From Escherichia phage vB_EcoM_G4498: a stretch of DNA of 64,000 bases. Positions within the stretch are counted from its first letter, which is position 1; the number at the start of each line of letters is the position of its first letter. Of this stretch, positions 26,171 through 36,315 are shown in pieces. The DNA lies in the sequence record NC_054918.1; one strand, given 5' to 3'. Below the pieces are notes generated by a model. The model was not told the origin of the DNA, ran no database searches, and worked only from the letters and a program-made list of their open reading frames with translations. Position numbers and translations under genes: made by a program.

Positions 26171-28867
26171 TCAGCCAAACAGGAAGTCTAACGAAGCTTT
26201 TTCTTCATAGTCCATACCAGCCGATTCACACATGCCCGCAAGCGGTTTAACAAACGATTTTTGGAACAAAGTTGAGTAGTCAATCCAAGACAGTACGTCA
26301 GAACGAATTTCTTTTGGAAGTTCTGTACCCGACGGCCAAGCAATGCATTTGTCACCAAATGGATTTCCTTCACGCAATGGAAGAACCATTACTTTATTTC
26401 CATCCAAAATTGGAGCTACACCTAAACCGCTAACAGCTCGACGATAAGTTAGCACACCACGAATATGGAACGGACATTTAAATCCTGGCCAACCTTTATC
26501 ATCATATTTCGCTATATCGTTCGCAGTTTTTACTTCAGCAATAACTTTATAGTCAAGTTGACGATATTCTTTCTCGAAGTTCTTGTAATATTCTTGGACA
26601 GACTCTTCACCTTCCTGAAGAATACGACGAATACTTTCTTCGAGAGCTTCTTGGACCGCTTTAGGCGTTGAACTTTGCTGAGTTTCCATACCCATGATTT
26701 TTAGATGCGGTTCAGCAAATCGCTTATCTTCCATATCATAAACGTTCAGAGCATAACGCTTTTTCGCTTTCCAAAATCCACCAACACCCTTTGAACCAAG
26801 TGGAGGGCAAGAAATAGCTTCACGGTCCATATGCATCAGATGCTCGCGGTTATTCATATAATCACATAACTCACGATATGCAACATCAATCATAGGTTCC
26901 ATCTTTTTCTTACCGAACTGATTCATGAATTCAACTAAATCGTTCTGCTCTTTGAATCGGTCAAGACCAACTTTTTCAATAACTTTATCTACACAAACAT
27001 ATACCGAATCAGTATCACCTGCTGCGATGAAATCTTCACCATTAGTTCCGCATACTTTATTCAGATATTCATTAATTTTACGAGCAATCCACTGAATACC
27101 GACTTGGCCGAAAATTGTGATAGCAGTAGCATTTCGCAGATCATAATAACGGAAATGAATATTACCAAGAGCACCATAAAGACTATTAATGAGAATTTTA
27201 CGGTTCAGCTGATTTGTGTTAGCAAGTGTAGCTGCTTTTTCACATTCTTCAATCAAACTATTGAGAACAGATTCAGTATAATTCGATAGTTCATTTAAGA
27301 AATCATCACTGAACTTAACATATCGTTCAACTTCAGGTTTAGTTGAACAAGACCCTGCGCCTTTCATAATAATCTTTTTAATAGCTTCGGCATTCATTTC
27401 TTCAGCGAACATTTTCTTTTTCCAATCTTTACGCTGGAAAAATACTTTAGCGATTTCCTTTGGAATGATACCTTCTTGATGCTTATCATACATCCATCCA
27501 TTCGGAGAACAAGAATATTCATCACTTGGTTTAGGAGCTGTTCCTGCGATATATTCATGAATTGGATGAACTTTAAACTGTCCACGAATAGTCTCAGGAC
27601 TAATGTTAACCTGACGAATAATGCTCGGATACAGAGACGTCAAGTCAAAACTCATAATATATCGACGAGCAATTGGTTTAGGTTCAAACACAAATGCACC
27701 CGGAAAACTCTGTTTAACGTGCGAACCTTGTTGAGGAATAACCTTGTGTTCACCTTTCAATGAGTTAAAAATAATAGCATCCCAAGTTTTAATAGGACTC
27801 ATTACACCAGAAAAAGGCATTTTAGCGTAATAAGACATACTTAAAACTAGATCGATAAACCCGCGAATTTTATCAATTGCTTGAACTGATTCTACGTCAA
27901 TGATGTTATAACTAATGTATCGTTGATGATTAGTCTCACGAAGTTTATTAATAGGACCGTCGTATGGTAATTTACCTTTTTTGGTTTCATGTTGAGCAAC
28001 TGATTCCAAAGAGAATGACGGCAAATTAGTAAAAGCGAATTTCTTGTACAAATCTAAATAATCAAGAATAGATACGCCATCAATAGAATAAATTTCTTTG
28101 CTACCGTACATATTTTGAATTAGTTTAGATTTTACTCGACCGATTGGAGAGAAGCGTTTCATACTGCGTTCACCTAGAATCATTTTAACACGATTCATGA
28201 TATACGGAACGTCAAACCCCTCAATATTCCAACCAGTAAAAATAGCAGGTCGTTTCTGTTCCCAGAGATTAATATATTCCATGAGCATATCACGCTCATT
28301 ATCGAATGGCATATAAATTACTCGGTCAAGAATTTCTTGAGGAACTTCATCACCACCTTCACAGTCAAGCTTAGCAGCTAACTTTGCATCCCATTTTGAT
28401 ACTGAACCGTACATTGAATTCAAAAGGTCGAAAACATAAAAACGGTCATCAATTGAATCGTAATGAGTGATAGCATCAATTTCATATTCAGCTTTCATTG
28501 GGTCAGGAAATTTATCACCAGTAACCTCAATGTCGCAGTTAGCTACACGAACAAATTTTCGGTCATAAACAATTTCTGAACCATACGTATCACTGATATA
28601 AGCGAGTTTAAAATCGTTCATACCGAGAGCTTCGAGACCGATGTCTTCCATTCGTTTCATCCAATCTCGAGCATCTTTCATTGATGGAAATTTTTGAGGA
28701 GCACAGTTTTTACCATAGATGTCTTTGTACTTTGACTCTTCCTTACAATGTCTAAACATAGTTGGAAGATATTCTACTTCACGAGTACGTTCCTTTCCGT
28801 TTTCATCAATATAACGTTCAACAATGTTATTTCCGACTGTTTCGATAGAGATATAAAATTCTTTCAT
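26171..28867 (-). CDS. 43: DNA polymerase (family B) with 3'-5' exonuclease
   Basis: 898 aa (T4 gp43 length); DIE exo motif (NCDIEVTG), DxxSLYPS, YGDTDS. Confidence 0.95.
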   Translation of the reverse strand: MKEFYISIETVGNNIVERYIDENGKERTREVEYLPTMFRHCKEESKYKDIYGKNCAPQKFPSMKDARDWMKRMEDIGLEALGMNDFKLAYISDTYGSEIVYDRKFVRVANCDIEVTGDKFPDPMKAEYEIDAITHYDSIDDRFYVFDLLNSMYGSVSKWDAKLAAKLDCEGGDEVPQEILDRVIYMPFDNERDMLMEYINLWEQKRPAIFTGWNIEGFDVPYIMNRVKMILGERSMKRFSPIGRVKSKLIQNMYGSKEIYSIDGVSILDYLDLYKKFAFTNLPSFSLESVAQHETKKGKLPYDGPINKLRETNHQRYISYNIIDVESVQAIDKIRGFIDLVLSMSYYAKMPFSGVMSPIKTWDAIIFNSLKGEHKVIPQQGSHVKQSFPGAFVFEPKPIARRYIMSFDLTSLYPSIIRQVNISPETIRGQFKVHPIHEYIAGTAPKPSDEYSCSPNGWMYDKHQEGIIPKEIAKVFFQRKDWKKKMFAEEMNAEAIKKIIMKGAGSCSTKPEVERYVKFSDDFLNELSNYTESVLNSLIEECEKAATLANTNQLNRKILINSLYGALGNIHFRYYDLRNATAITIFGQVGIQWIARKINEYLNKVCGTNGEDFIAAGDTDSVYVCVDKVIEKVGLDRFKEQNDLVEFMNQFGKKKMEPMIDVAYRELCDYMNNREHLMHMDREAISCPPLGSKGVGGFWKAKKRYALNVYDMEDKRFAEPHLKIMGMETQQSSTPKAVQEALEESIRRILQEGEESVQEYYKNFEKEYRQLDYKVIAEVKTANDIAKYDDKGWPGFKCPFHIRGVLTYRRAVSGLGVAPILDGNKVMVLPLREGNPFGDKCIAWPSGTELPKEIRSDVLSWIDYSTLFQKSFVKPLAGMCESAGMDYEEKASLDFLFG

Positions 28868-28905
28868 AGATATTCCTTAGTTTATAGCCCGAGTTATTAG
28901 GCTCT
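28868..28905 (-). promoter_or_regulatory. gene 43 translational operator (RNA hairpin plus SD)
   Basis: mRNA reads GAGCCUAAUAACUCGGGCUAUAAACUAAGGAAUAUCU-AUG: 5-bp stem, 8-nt loop, next to the SD, as remembered for the T4 gp43 autoregulatory operator. Confidence 0.65.
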
Positions 28906-28927
28906 TGATATATTATACTCCAAATAA

Positions 28928-28941
28928 GGGGCCGAAGCCCC
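28928..28941 (-). terminator. GGGGC-UUCG-GCCCC hairpin after regA
   Basis: Perfect 5-bp GC stem with tetraloop, followed by UUAUUU and then GGAGTATAATAT. Confidence 0.55.
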
Positions 28942-28945
28942 TTGC

Positions 28946-29314
28946 TTAATTACCAATCGTATATTTAGGAACGAGTTTCCATTCATGTTTTTGTTTAAAA
29001 GAAATAACTCGGAAGTTATTAGTTAAATCTTTCATAAAAGTTCTTTGACCAGGAACGATTTCAATCAGTCCCCAATCTTCTAATAGCCATGCAATCGAAT
29101 CACGACGAACTTCATCTTCTTCTGTCATTTCAACTTGGCGACCATCCATACGAAGCATTTCTTTAAAATGAACGATATAGTATAGTCCTTTTTTCTGAAG
29201 AATATGACAGGACTGATACAGAACTTTATCTTTATTATTAGCAATTCCCATACGAGTCAAAGTTTCTTTTACTTTCAGAAAATCTTCAGGTTTTTTAAGA
29301 GTAATTTCAATCAT
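28946..29314 (-). CDS. regA: RegA translational repressor
   Basis: 122 aa MIEITLKKPEDFLKVKETLTRMGIANN...; T4 RegA length and sequence as remembered. Confidence 0.85.
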   Translation of the reverse strand: MIEITLKKPEDFLKVKETLTRMGIANNKDKVLYQSCHILQKKGLYYIVHFKEMLRMDGRQVEMTEEDEVRRDSIAWLLEDWGLIEIVPGQRTFMKDLTNNFRVISFKQKHEWKLVPKYTIGN

Positions 29315-29315
29315 T

Positions 29316-29879
29316 TTACCATTCCAATGCTAGTTTTTTGAGTTGTTTCTGTTCTTTTACGTTCTTAGTCACTTCTTTCAAAAAATCATCCGTGACTAAA
29401 CCTTTTAGTTCTTTTAATACTAAAGGAAGTTTTCCATTTTTAGTAAGAATTGATTTATAGTTAATTGCATCATTTGTATTAACTTGATACCGCTTAGCAA
29501 GTAACCTAATAATCAATACTTCGGTGGAATCTTCAACCAGTTTTGCCCATTTACCATATCTTTTACCACGAGGAACTGCAGCCATTAGATAATTAAAATG
29601 AGCTTCATCACTTAAACCTGATCCAATTAAATTCATAGCATATACAGCTGGCATGCACTCTGGAAATTGTGATAATGCATTTTCAACCATGAATTTTGAA
29701 TAATCTTTTTGAGCAATAGAGCATTTAGTTTTATTATTAATAGCTCCAATTATTTCAAAAAACTCATTTTCAGCTTTTTCTTTAAAAGAATCAGCAGCGG
29801 ATTGGACAGCTGTCCAATCTTTTGAATACCAAGCAACTTGATGCTCGTTTAATTGAATATCATCTTCAAATAAGCTCAT
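29316..29879 (-). CDS. 62: clamp loader small subunit
   Basis: ORF track 29316-29900; start at [20 protein letters not shown] (ATG 29879) gives 187 aa as in T4 gp62. Confidence 0.85.
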   Translation of the reverse strand: MSLFEDDIQLNEHQVAWYSKDWTAVQSAADSFKEKAENEFFEIIGAINNKTKCSIAQKDYSKFMVENALSQFPECMPAVYAMNLIGSGLSDEAHFNYLMAAVPRGKRYGKWAKLVEDSTEVLIIRLLAKRYQVNTNDAINYKSILTKNGKLPLVLKELKGLVTDDFLKEVTKNVKEQKQLKKLALEW

Positions 29880-29880
29880 A

Positions 29881-30840
29881 TCACTTCCACTGCATTTCAC
29901 ATGCTAATTGAATGAAAAGATAAGCTAAATGCAATTCAGTATTAGCTGCAATTCCATGATACTGATTATTTTCACCAACAATTTCGTACATACGAATAAT
30001 ACTTTGTGGAGTTACGCGTGAATAGATTTCTTCGGCAAGTTTACCCACGAACCACGAATAATCAGCCGCATATTTTGGTGCTAAAGCTCTGAGTTGTTTA
30101 ACATCTTTATTTTTGAGAGACTCAAGAACATCATCAATAGCACCACGATCGTTAGTAACCAGTGATAAAATACCAGCATCCAAAACACCTTTAGATGAAT
30201 AACTATCGAGCTCGCCAATAGTTTTACGAAAATCAGGAAAATTCTTTTTAACCAAAGCTGCTACAACTTTCATATCAGCTATAGCAATTCCTTCATGCTT
30301 GCAGATTTCAGTCAATCGACGAATCATCTGCTTCATCATTTCAATTTTATCTTCATCAGTTGGTTGACCGAATGTAATAACTCGGCAGCGTGACTGAAGC
30401 GGTTTAATAATACCATCAATATTGTTAGCAGTAATAATAATACTACAGTTTGAACTATAAGCTTCCATAAAGGAACGAAGATGTCGCTGAGACTCTGCTA
30501 GCCCTGAACGGTCAAATTCATCAATAACGATTACTTTTTGACGACCATCAAATGAAGCGGCACTGGCAAAATTAGTCAAAGGACCACGAACGAAATCAAT
30601 TTTACAATCTGATCCATTCACAAACATCATATCAGCATTTACATCATGACACAATGCTTTTGCTACAGTTGTTTTACCTGTTCCTGGAGAAGGAGAATGA
30701 AGAATAATATGTGGAATCTTACCTTTACTTGTAATAGATTTAAAGGTTTCTTTATCAAAGGCGGGAAGAATACATTCATCGATAGTAGATGGACGATATT
30801 TCTGTTCAAGAATGTGTTCTTTTTCATTTACTGTAATCAT
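29881..30840 (-). CDS. 44: clamp loader large subunit (AAA+)
   Basis: Track start 30855 is TTG; ATG at 30840 (MITVNEKE...) with SD GAGGAAA gives 319 aa; Walker [11 protein letters not shown]. Confidence 0.9.
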
Positions 30841-30874
30841 AATTTCCTCATTCAAGTTTTAGTGTAAATTATAA

Positions 30875-30888
30875 AGGGCCGAAGCCCT
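30875..30888 (-). terminator. GGGC-UUCG-GCCC hairpin between genes 45 and 44
   Basis: agGGCcgaaGCCct; may act as partial terminator or mRNA stability element. Confidence 0.45.
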
Positions 30889-30891
30889 CTA

Positions 30892-31578
30892 TTAAAAATC
30901 GTGGGTAGAATCAGCTTCAAGAGCTACTACATAATTCGCGTGTTCACCTTCAAATTTAGCAGCGCCTTGTTTACCTTTTGCCCAGAGCAGAAGTTTATAA
31001 TTTCCTGGTTGCATTTTCATATTTGCCATATTGATAATGAAATTAAATGTATTTTCACCATCATAATCACCAAGAGTCAAAGAATATTTAACACGGGTCA
31101 GAGCAGAATCTTCTACTTTATTAAAACCGTTAATTACGATTTTACCTTCTTTTACCGTGATAGCAATTGTATCAATTTGCAGACCACGAGATACACGCAA
31201 CAGTTGTTGAAGGTCTTCAGCTTTAATTTCAGTAACAACAGATGCTACCGGGAATGGAATTGGTTTATTAGGAGCAACTACTGTACTCGGATCGGCTGCT
31301 GGCCAAAAAATTGTTGAACGAGCATCAGCAATTTTAATATTTCCATCTTCTGACTGGGAAATTTCTGCATCATCATTAACTAGCGACAGAATACCGAGAA
31401 AACCGTTCAAATCGTAAATTGCTACATCAAAATCAATAACGTCAGAAATATTTGCTTCCGCATAAGTTGTACCATTAACTGCGCGAGTCATAATAAATTG
31501 ACCGGATTTAAGCATAATACCGGAGTTAATAGTAGCGAAATTTTTAAGCAGAGCAGTAGTATCTTTAGACAGTTTCAT
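30892..31578 (-). CDS. 45: sliding clamp
   Basis: 228 aa (T4 gp45 length) MKLSKDTTALLKNFA... Confidence 0.9.
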   Translation of the reverse strand: MKLSKDTTALLKNFATINSGIMLKSGQFIMTRAVNGTTYAEANISDVIDFDVAIYDLNGFLGILSLVNDDAEISQSEDGNIKIADARSTIFWPAADPSTVVAPNKPIPFPVASVVTEIKAEDLQQLLRVSRGLQIDTIAITVKEGKIVINGFNKVEDSALTRVKYSLTLGDYDGENTFNFIINMANMKMQPGNYKLLLWAKGKQGAAKFEGEHANYVVALEADSTHDF

Positions 31579-31607
31579 GTAATTTCCTTCAATTCAAATG
31601 AGATTTA

Positions 31608-31634
31608 ATTTTATAACTAATTTAATAAAGCAAT
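31608..31634 (-). promoter_or_regulatory. MotA-dependent middle promoter for gene 45
   Basis: Minus strand TGCTTTA - about 10 bp - TATAAA, about 30 nt upstream of the gene 45 ATG. Confidence 0.55.
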
Positions 31635-32023
31635 TAACGATTAAAATCAGCCGCAATTGTTTCCGCAACAATTTGAGCAGCAACAATTAGACGTTCATCT
31701 GCATTACCACAATAATCATCTTCAAGGCGTTCACCACATGAAGTCATAATAAATTTAGCACCGGCGTTTAGGGATTCTGTAGTATGTTTGCGCATTAGTT
31801 CAATCCATTTATTACTTACTTCACGATCGATAGCTTCATAATACGCATGACGAGCAGGTGCAGATTTAATTTTGTTCTGAATAACTTCCATTGCGTTATC
31901 AGAAAGAGACAAAACCCATGCTCGACGAATTTTATTTTGGTTTTGTGGATTTGATTCAGAACGCACGTGTTTTGGCTGAATATCTTTTACGTCAACAGTA
32001 TAATTCACAGTAATTTTAGTCAT
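31634..32023 (-). CDS. rpbA: RNA polymerase binding protein RpbA
   Basis: 129 aa at the T4 rpbA position. Confidence 0.7.
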
Positions 32024-32032
32024 AATACACCT

Positions 32033-32224
32033 TTAGTCATAATAATCAGTAACAGTCCAAGCTTCATTTCTATTGGACATTATTTTTGTATATTCTGCTT
32101 TAAATGCATTCCTAAGCATAGATTCAGTAACTATATGCTCTTCATTAGAAAAATTATTTCTCAGAATATATCGTTTTATTTCAGGAATAGTTAATAGATG
32201 CTGTCCAGTTGAATATTCTGCCAC
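32033..32224 (-). CDS. small hypothetical protein (45.2 position)
   Basis: 63-aa ORF. Confidence 0.5.
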   Translation of the reverse strand: MAEYSTGQHLLTIPEIKRYILRNNFSNEEHIVTESMLRNAFKAEYTKIMSNRNEAWTVTDYYD

Positions 32225-32234
32225 AGTTCCTCCG

Positions 32235-32242
32235 TATAAATA
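32235..32242 (+). promoter_or_regulatory. late promoter TATAAATA driving the plus-strand HNH gene
   Basis: Exact TATAAATA 34 nt upstream of ATG 32276; SD AAGGA. Confidence 0.6.
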
Positions 32243-32275
32243 TGTTTATCACTCGCTGTATCAAAAGGATATGTT

Positions 32276-32992
32276 ATGAATTATAAACTAATTTATGAAA
32301 AGTTAATCTCTAATGCTAAATCTCGAAAACTTGATTGCTATACTGAATCTCATCACATTATACCACGCTGTTTAAACGGTAGTGATGATGCTTCAAACTT
32401 AGTAGATTTAACGCCAGAAGAGCACTATGTAGCTCATCAACTTTTAGTAAAAATTTATCCTTCTGAACCAAAATTAGTCTATGCTGCTAACATGATGACA
32501 GTTTCCACGAAATACGCTAAACGCAACAATAAAACTTTCGGTTGGATTCGTCGTAAACTCTGGGAAATAGAAAAGAACAAAGAATTCTCCCAGGAGACAC
32601 GAAAGAAAATGTCTGATGCAGTAGCTAATAAAGCAAGACTAACTTGTCCTCATTGCGGTAAGTCTGGATTAAGCGGGAATATGAATCGTTGGCATTTTGA
32701 TAACTGTCCAAATCACCCTAATCCTAAAGTTAGACCACCATTGTCTAAAGAACACAGAAATAATATCTCAAACGGGCTTAAAGCAATCGTTCTTGAAGAA
32801 ACATCCTGCGAATTCTGTGGAATGATAGGCAAGAAATGCGTTATCGCAGCGCATAGAAATTTCTGCAAGAAAAATCCAAATGGACGCAAGAAAACTGAAA
32901 AGACTGGTACTTGCGTCCATTGTGGTAAAGTTACCACTTTCGGAAATTTATCAAGATGGCATAATGATAACTGTAAATATAAACCTAGCTAA
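32276..32992 (+). CDS. HNH homing-endonuclease-like protein, plus strand
   Basis: 238 aa; HHIIPRCLNGSDDASNLVDLTPEEHYVAH; repeated CxxCG...W-H-x-D-N-C zinc-finger modules; N-terminal ~70 aa paralogous to the 15801-16451 HNH protein. Confidence 0.75.
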   Translation: MNYKLIYEKLISNAKSRKLDCYTESHHIIPRCLNGSDDASNLVDLTPEEHYVAHQLLVKIYPSEPKLVYAANMMTVSTKYAKRNNKTFGWIRRKLWEIEKNKEFSQETRKKMSDAVANKARLTCPHCGKSGLSGNMNRWHFDNCPNHPNPKVRPPLSKEHRNNISNGLKAIVLEETSCEFCGMIGKKCVIAAHRNFCKKNPNGRKKTEKTGTCVHCGKVTTFGNLSRWHNDNCKYKPS

Positions 32993-34673
32993 TCTTAGCT
33001 AAACTAAATCTACCAACTTTTTCCATCTGAATATGCTGACCATATTCTTGTGGGTCATGGTCTTTATGCGAAATTATGAAGAAGTTGGTATCCTTCAAAC
33101 CATCTAAAATTTTAGCTACATTTTTAATACCTTCAGCATCAAATGCACCGTCATATACTTCATCAAGAAATAAACAGCTTATTTTAACACCTGAAACTTT
33201 TTCAGCAATATCACGCCAAGTAAATAAAAGAGCAATATCAATTCGCGCTTTTTCACCTTGACTGAATGAAGCATAACTAAAATCTTCACGACCACGGGAT
33301 TTAATTGTCTCATTAAATTCTTCATCTAATGTAAACACATAATCCGCTTCCATTATTTTAAGATAATGGTTAATCTGCTTATTAAATAATGGAATGTACT
33401 TTTTAATAATAGCACCTTTAATACCAGAATCTTTGAGCATATCAGTCAAAATTCCTCGGTGGTATTTTTCCATTACTAAATTAGTTTTTGTCTTAACAAT
33501 TTTATCAAGTTCTTCTTGAAGCAGTGCTATTTCATCAGCATGGTCAATAAACTCAGAAGATGCTTTTTCTATAGCTGCTTTAACTTTTTTAGCTTTATCT
33601 ACTGTCGTGATTAGAGATTGCTTTTTATTGCGAATATCATTTGCCAACGACTGCTGGGTTTTAATATTATCTCGGTATTCATCAACAAGAACTTTTAAAT
33701 TATCACGATGTGTTGAAAGCTGTTCAAACGAATGCGTGCATTCAGAAACTTTATCTTTAATTTTAGAAACAACTTTATCACCGGAACTTAATTGCGACAA
33801 ACAGGTTGGACATAATCCACCTTCGTGATACATATTAATGACTTTATTATATGAGTCAATTTTTGATTTAATTAAAACTGCTTCTTGACCGATTTTATTA
33901 AATGCATCAGTCGGGTCTTCATCCAAAACAATATTAACTAATCTTTCATTAGCTTCTTCTATTTCCGATTTTAGCGTTCTAGCTTCTTTTGCCAAATCAT
34001 CGTACATATTTTGCAGACGAGTAAGATTGTCACCCGTTAATTTTTTCTGGCGTTCAACGTTATCATTATATATTTTAATTTGTTGGATAATACTATCTTT
34101 TTTAACATCAAGCACTTGGTTTTGTGAATTTAATTCACGTATTAGTGCTTTATTAAGCTTATCCATTTCAGCTAATGTTCCTACCTCAAGCAGGTCTTCC
34201 ACAAGCTTTCTTCGCGCAGGGGTCGACAAACCCATGAAAGGGGTATACCCTGCTGTACCAAGGACAACAATCTGCTTGAAACTGGCATATGACATTCCGA
34301 TAAGCTGTTCAAATTCTGCTTGGAAATCTTTACTGCTGGCAGATTCATTAAGACGTGTACCGTTAACGGTGATTTCGAAAACGTTTGGTTTTTGTCCTCT
34401 TTTGATATAGTACTTTTTCTCATCATATTCCATCCACAGTTCAACTAAAAGTTCTTTCTTATTTGTGCTGTTTATTAATTGACCTTTCTTTACATCACGA
34501 AATGGTTTGCCAAAAAGCCCAAATGTGATGGCTTCTAACATAGTAGACTTACCACCGCCATTTCGGCCAGTAATAAGAGTTTTTTGAACCTTATCTAGTT
34601 GAATGTCAATAGGATTTCCACCTACTGACATTATATTTTGATACCTAACTCGGTTTAGTTTAAAATTCTTCAC
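32985..34673 (-). CDS. 46: recombination endonuclease subunit (Rad50/SbcC-like)
   Basis: 562 aa; Walker A GRNGGGKST, central coiled coil with CPTC zinc hook, signature FSQGEK, Walker B LFLDE. Confidence 0.9.
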   Translation of the reverse strand: MKNFKLNRVRYQNIMSVGGNPIDIQLDKVQKTLITGRNGGGKSTMLEAITFGLFGKPFRDVKKGQLINSTNKKELLVELWMEYDEKKYYIKRGQKPNVFEITVNGTRLNESASSKDFQAEFEQLIGMSYASFKQIVVLGTAGYTPFMGLSTPARRKLVEDLLEVGTLAEMDKLNKALIRELNSQNQVLDVKKDSIIQQIKIYNDNVERQKKLTGDNLTRLQNMYDDLAKEARTLKSEIEEANERLVNIVLDEDPTDAFNKIGQEAVLIKSKIDSYNKVINMYHEGGLCPTCLSQLSSGDKVVSKIKDKVSECTHSFEQLSTHRDNLKVLVDEYRDNIKTQQSLANDIRNKKQSLITTVDKAKKVKAAIEKASSEFIDHADEIALLQEELDKIVKTKTNLVMEKYHRGILTDMLKDSGIKGAIIKKYIPLFNKQINHYLKIMEADYVFTLDEEFNETIKSRGREDFSYASFSQGEKARIDIALLFTWRDIAEKVSGVKISCLFLDEVYDGAFDAEGIKNVAKILDGLKDTNFFIISHKDHDPQEYGQHIQMEKVGRFSLAKIS

Positions 34674-34933
34674 AAAAGATTCCTTTTAATGTATCTTTTA
34701 GACCATTCTATCATATCATCATAATCTAAAAAGTATTCATCAAATTCAGCCATGCAAACAACGCCTTGTGCTGTTTTTGATGTAATATAAATTATTCCAA
34801 CATATCTAGAATCTTCTTCGGTATAATCAATGTTTGCTATGAATTCATCATTAATGTCAAATGTCGAAAACTTCACAGTATGCATCCTTAATACAAGATA
34901 CAGCCATATCTCGTAATGATTTAGGTGTGTCAT
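34670..34933 (-). CDS. small hypothetical protein (46.1 position)
   Basis: 87-aa ORF; start uncertain, overlaps neighbour. Confidence 0.45.
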   Translation of the reverse strand: MTHLNHYEIWLYLVLRMHTVKFSTFDINDEFIANIDYTEEDSRYVGIIYITSKTAQGVVCMAEFDEYFLDYDDMIEWSKRYIKRNLL

Positions 34934-35120
34934 TATCTAAAATGTTGAAGTTAAAAGATACAGCCCAGTCAGTGCAGACTGTAACCTTTTTAATACAATT
35001 ATCTTCAACCTCTAACGGTTCAAACCAATATTCAATAATTTCTTTATGCCCAATATCATCTTTTACTTCGCATTCAAAATGCTGACTCATCATAACATTT
35101 TTAAATTCATCAAAAGTCAT
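34857..35120 (-). CDS. small hypothetical protein (46.2 position)
   Basis: 87-aa ORF. Confidence 0.45.
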   Translation of the reverse strand: MTFDEFKNVMMSQHFECEVKDDIGHKEIIEYWFEPLEVEDNCIKKVTVCTDWAVSFNFNILDNDTPKSLRDMAVSCIKDAYCEVFDI

Positions 35121-36136
35121 TGTGTTGCCTCTACATATAGCTGATTTGCATATTGAATAAGTGCTTCACGGTCAGAATCGGTGATGTCTGGAATTGCATT
35201 AATGTATTCTTCCATCAACGTCTGAAGAGATTGAACTTCAACTTCTTCACTGTCATCTGACTCGACAGAGTTATCAATTTTTGACACAACTCGTAATGAA
35301 TGCACAACTTTTTCTAGTTCAGATTCGAACTTCGTTAGATTTTTGTCTACTTCAGTTACTATAACACGTACTGATAGATTTGTAAAATCTTTATAGTCAA
35401 TTTTTCCTTTAAATGGATAATGAATTCTACGATGCCAGGTAGTGTTGTTTGGAATAAATTCCATTCGTTCTGTTTCTGTATCAAACATCCAGAACCCGCG
35501 AGGGTCATTCTCGTCACCTGCAGTTAGTGTCCATGGTGTCCCAATATATCTGACGTTAGCAGCCTCAGAAATAGTATGGAAGTGACCAGACCACACCTCT
35601 TTATAAGTCTTAAGGAAATCAGGTTCAAGACCATGAGATTTCATTCCTTTATAAAAATAAAATCCATTCAGCTCCCAGTGACCAACACAAAAAGAAGCAG
35701 AAGAAGTTTTTATGTGCTCGAGAATTTCACCAGTATTTTCTTCACACATCCAAGGAATTAAATCAATCAAACATCCGTCAAAATCTACTGTAGTAGGCTT
35801 ATCATATACTTTAACATTATGATATTTAGCCAAAAGCTCAGTAGAGGCATTTGGAGTTAAAGTATTTTTAAAGTGCATATCATGGTTTCCTACAACAGTA
35901 TGTAGGGTAATACCAGCATCATCAAGCATTTGAACTATTTCACGAGCGAACTCCATAGTTTTATGCGTGATTGCTTTTCGCACATCAAAAATATCGCCGT
36001 ATTGAATCCAGGTAGTAATTCCATTTTTCTTAGAATATTCTATCGCTTGCTTAATTCCATCCAACTGAATGGATTGAACCCATTCATCATCGGCTTTAAC
36101 ACCTAAATGCCAATCACCTAAATTTAAAATTTTCAT
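35117..36136 (-). CDS. 47: recombination endonuclease subunit (Mre11/SbcD-like)
   Basis: 339 aa; calcineurin-like phosphoesterase motifs GDWHLG, GDIFD, GNHD, GHFH. Confidence 0.9.
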   Translation of the reverse strand: MKILNLGDWHLGVKADDEWVQSIQLDGIKQAIEYSKKNGITTWIQYGDIFDVRKAITHKTMEFAREIVQMLDDAGITLHTVVGNHDMHFKNTLTPNASTELLAKYHNVKVYDKPTTVDFDGCLIDLIPWMCEENTGEILEHIKTSSASFCVGHWELNGFYFYKGMKSHGLEPDFLKTYKEVWSGHFHTISEAANVRYIGTPWTLTAGDENDPRGFWMFDTETERMEFIPNNTTWHRRIHYPFKGKIDYKDFTNLSVRVIVTEVDKNLTKFESELEKVVHSLRVVSKIDNSVESDDSEEVEVQSLQTLMEEYINAIPDITDSDREALIQYANQLYVEATQ

Positions 36137-36270
36137 ATATCAAGAACCGTCATTGAAATGCAAAATAAAATTATTGAAATAAATCCATCTGGAGTGCTAA
36201 AGAACCCAATCCAACATGCTCTAGTGAATAGATAAAATGCAAGAAAAAGTATCACATATCCAAGAAATAT

Positions 36271-36298
36271 CATTATATCAAACTCCGTATAAAGCTAA
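36271..36298 (-). promoter_or_regulatory. putative middle promoter for gene 47
   Basis: Minus strand aGCTTTA - 11 bp - TATAAT immediately after the terminator hairpin. Confidence 0.45.
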
Positions 36299-36315
36299 AG
36301 GGCCGAAGCCCTTTA
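36298..36315 (-). terminator. terminator hairpin after a-gt
   Basis: AAAGGGC-cgaa-GCCCTTT with flanking U-run. Confidence 0.6.

Noticed and set aside
28925-28960. Plus-strand TGCTTAA-N10-TATATT resembling a MotA-box promoter downstream of regA
   Set aside because: Overlaps the regA terminator hairpin, has a weaker -10 than the 11500-11530 element, and would only transcribe antisense into regA; treated as coincidental.
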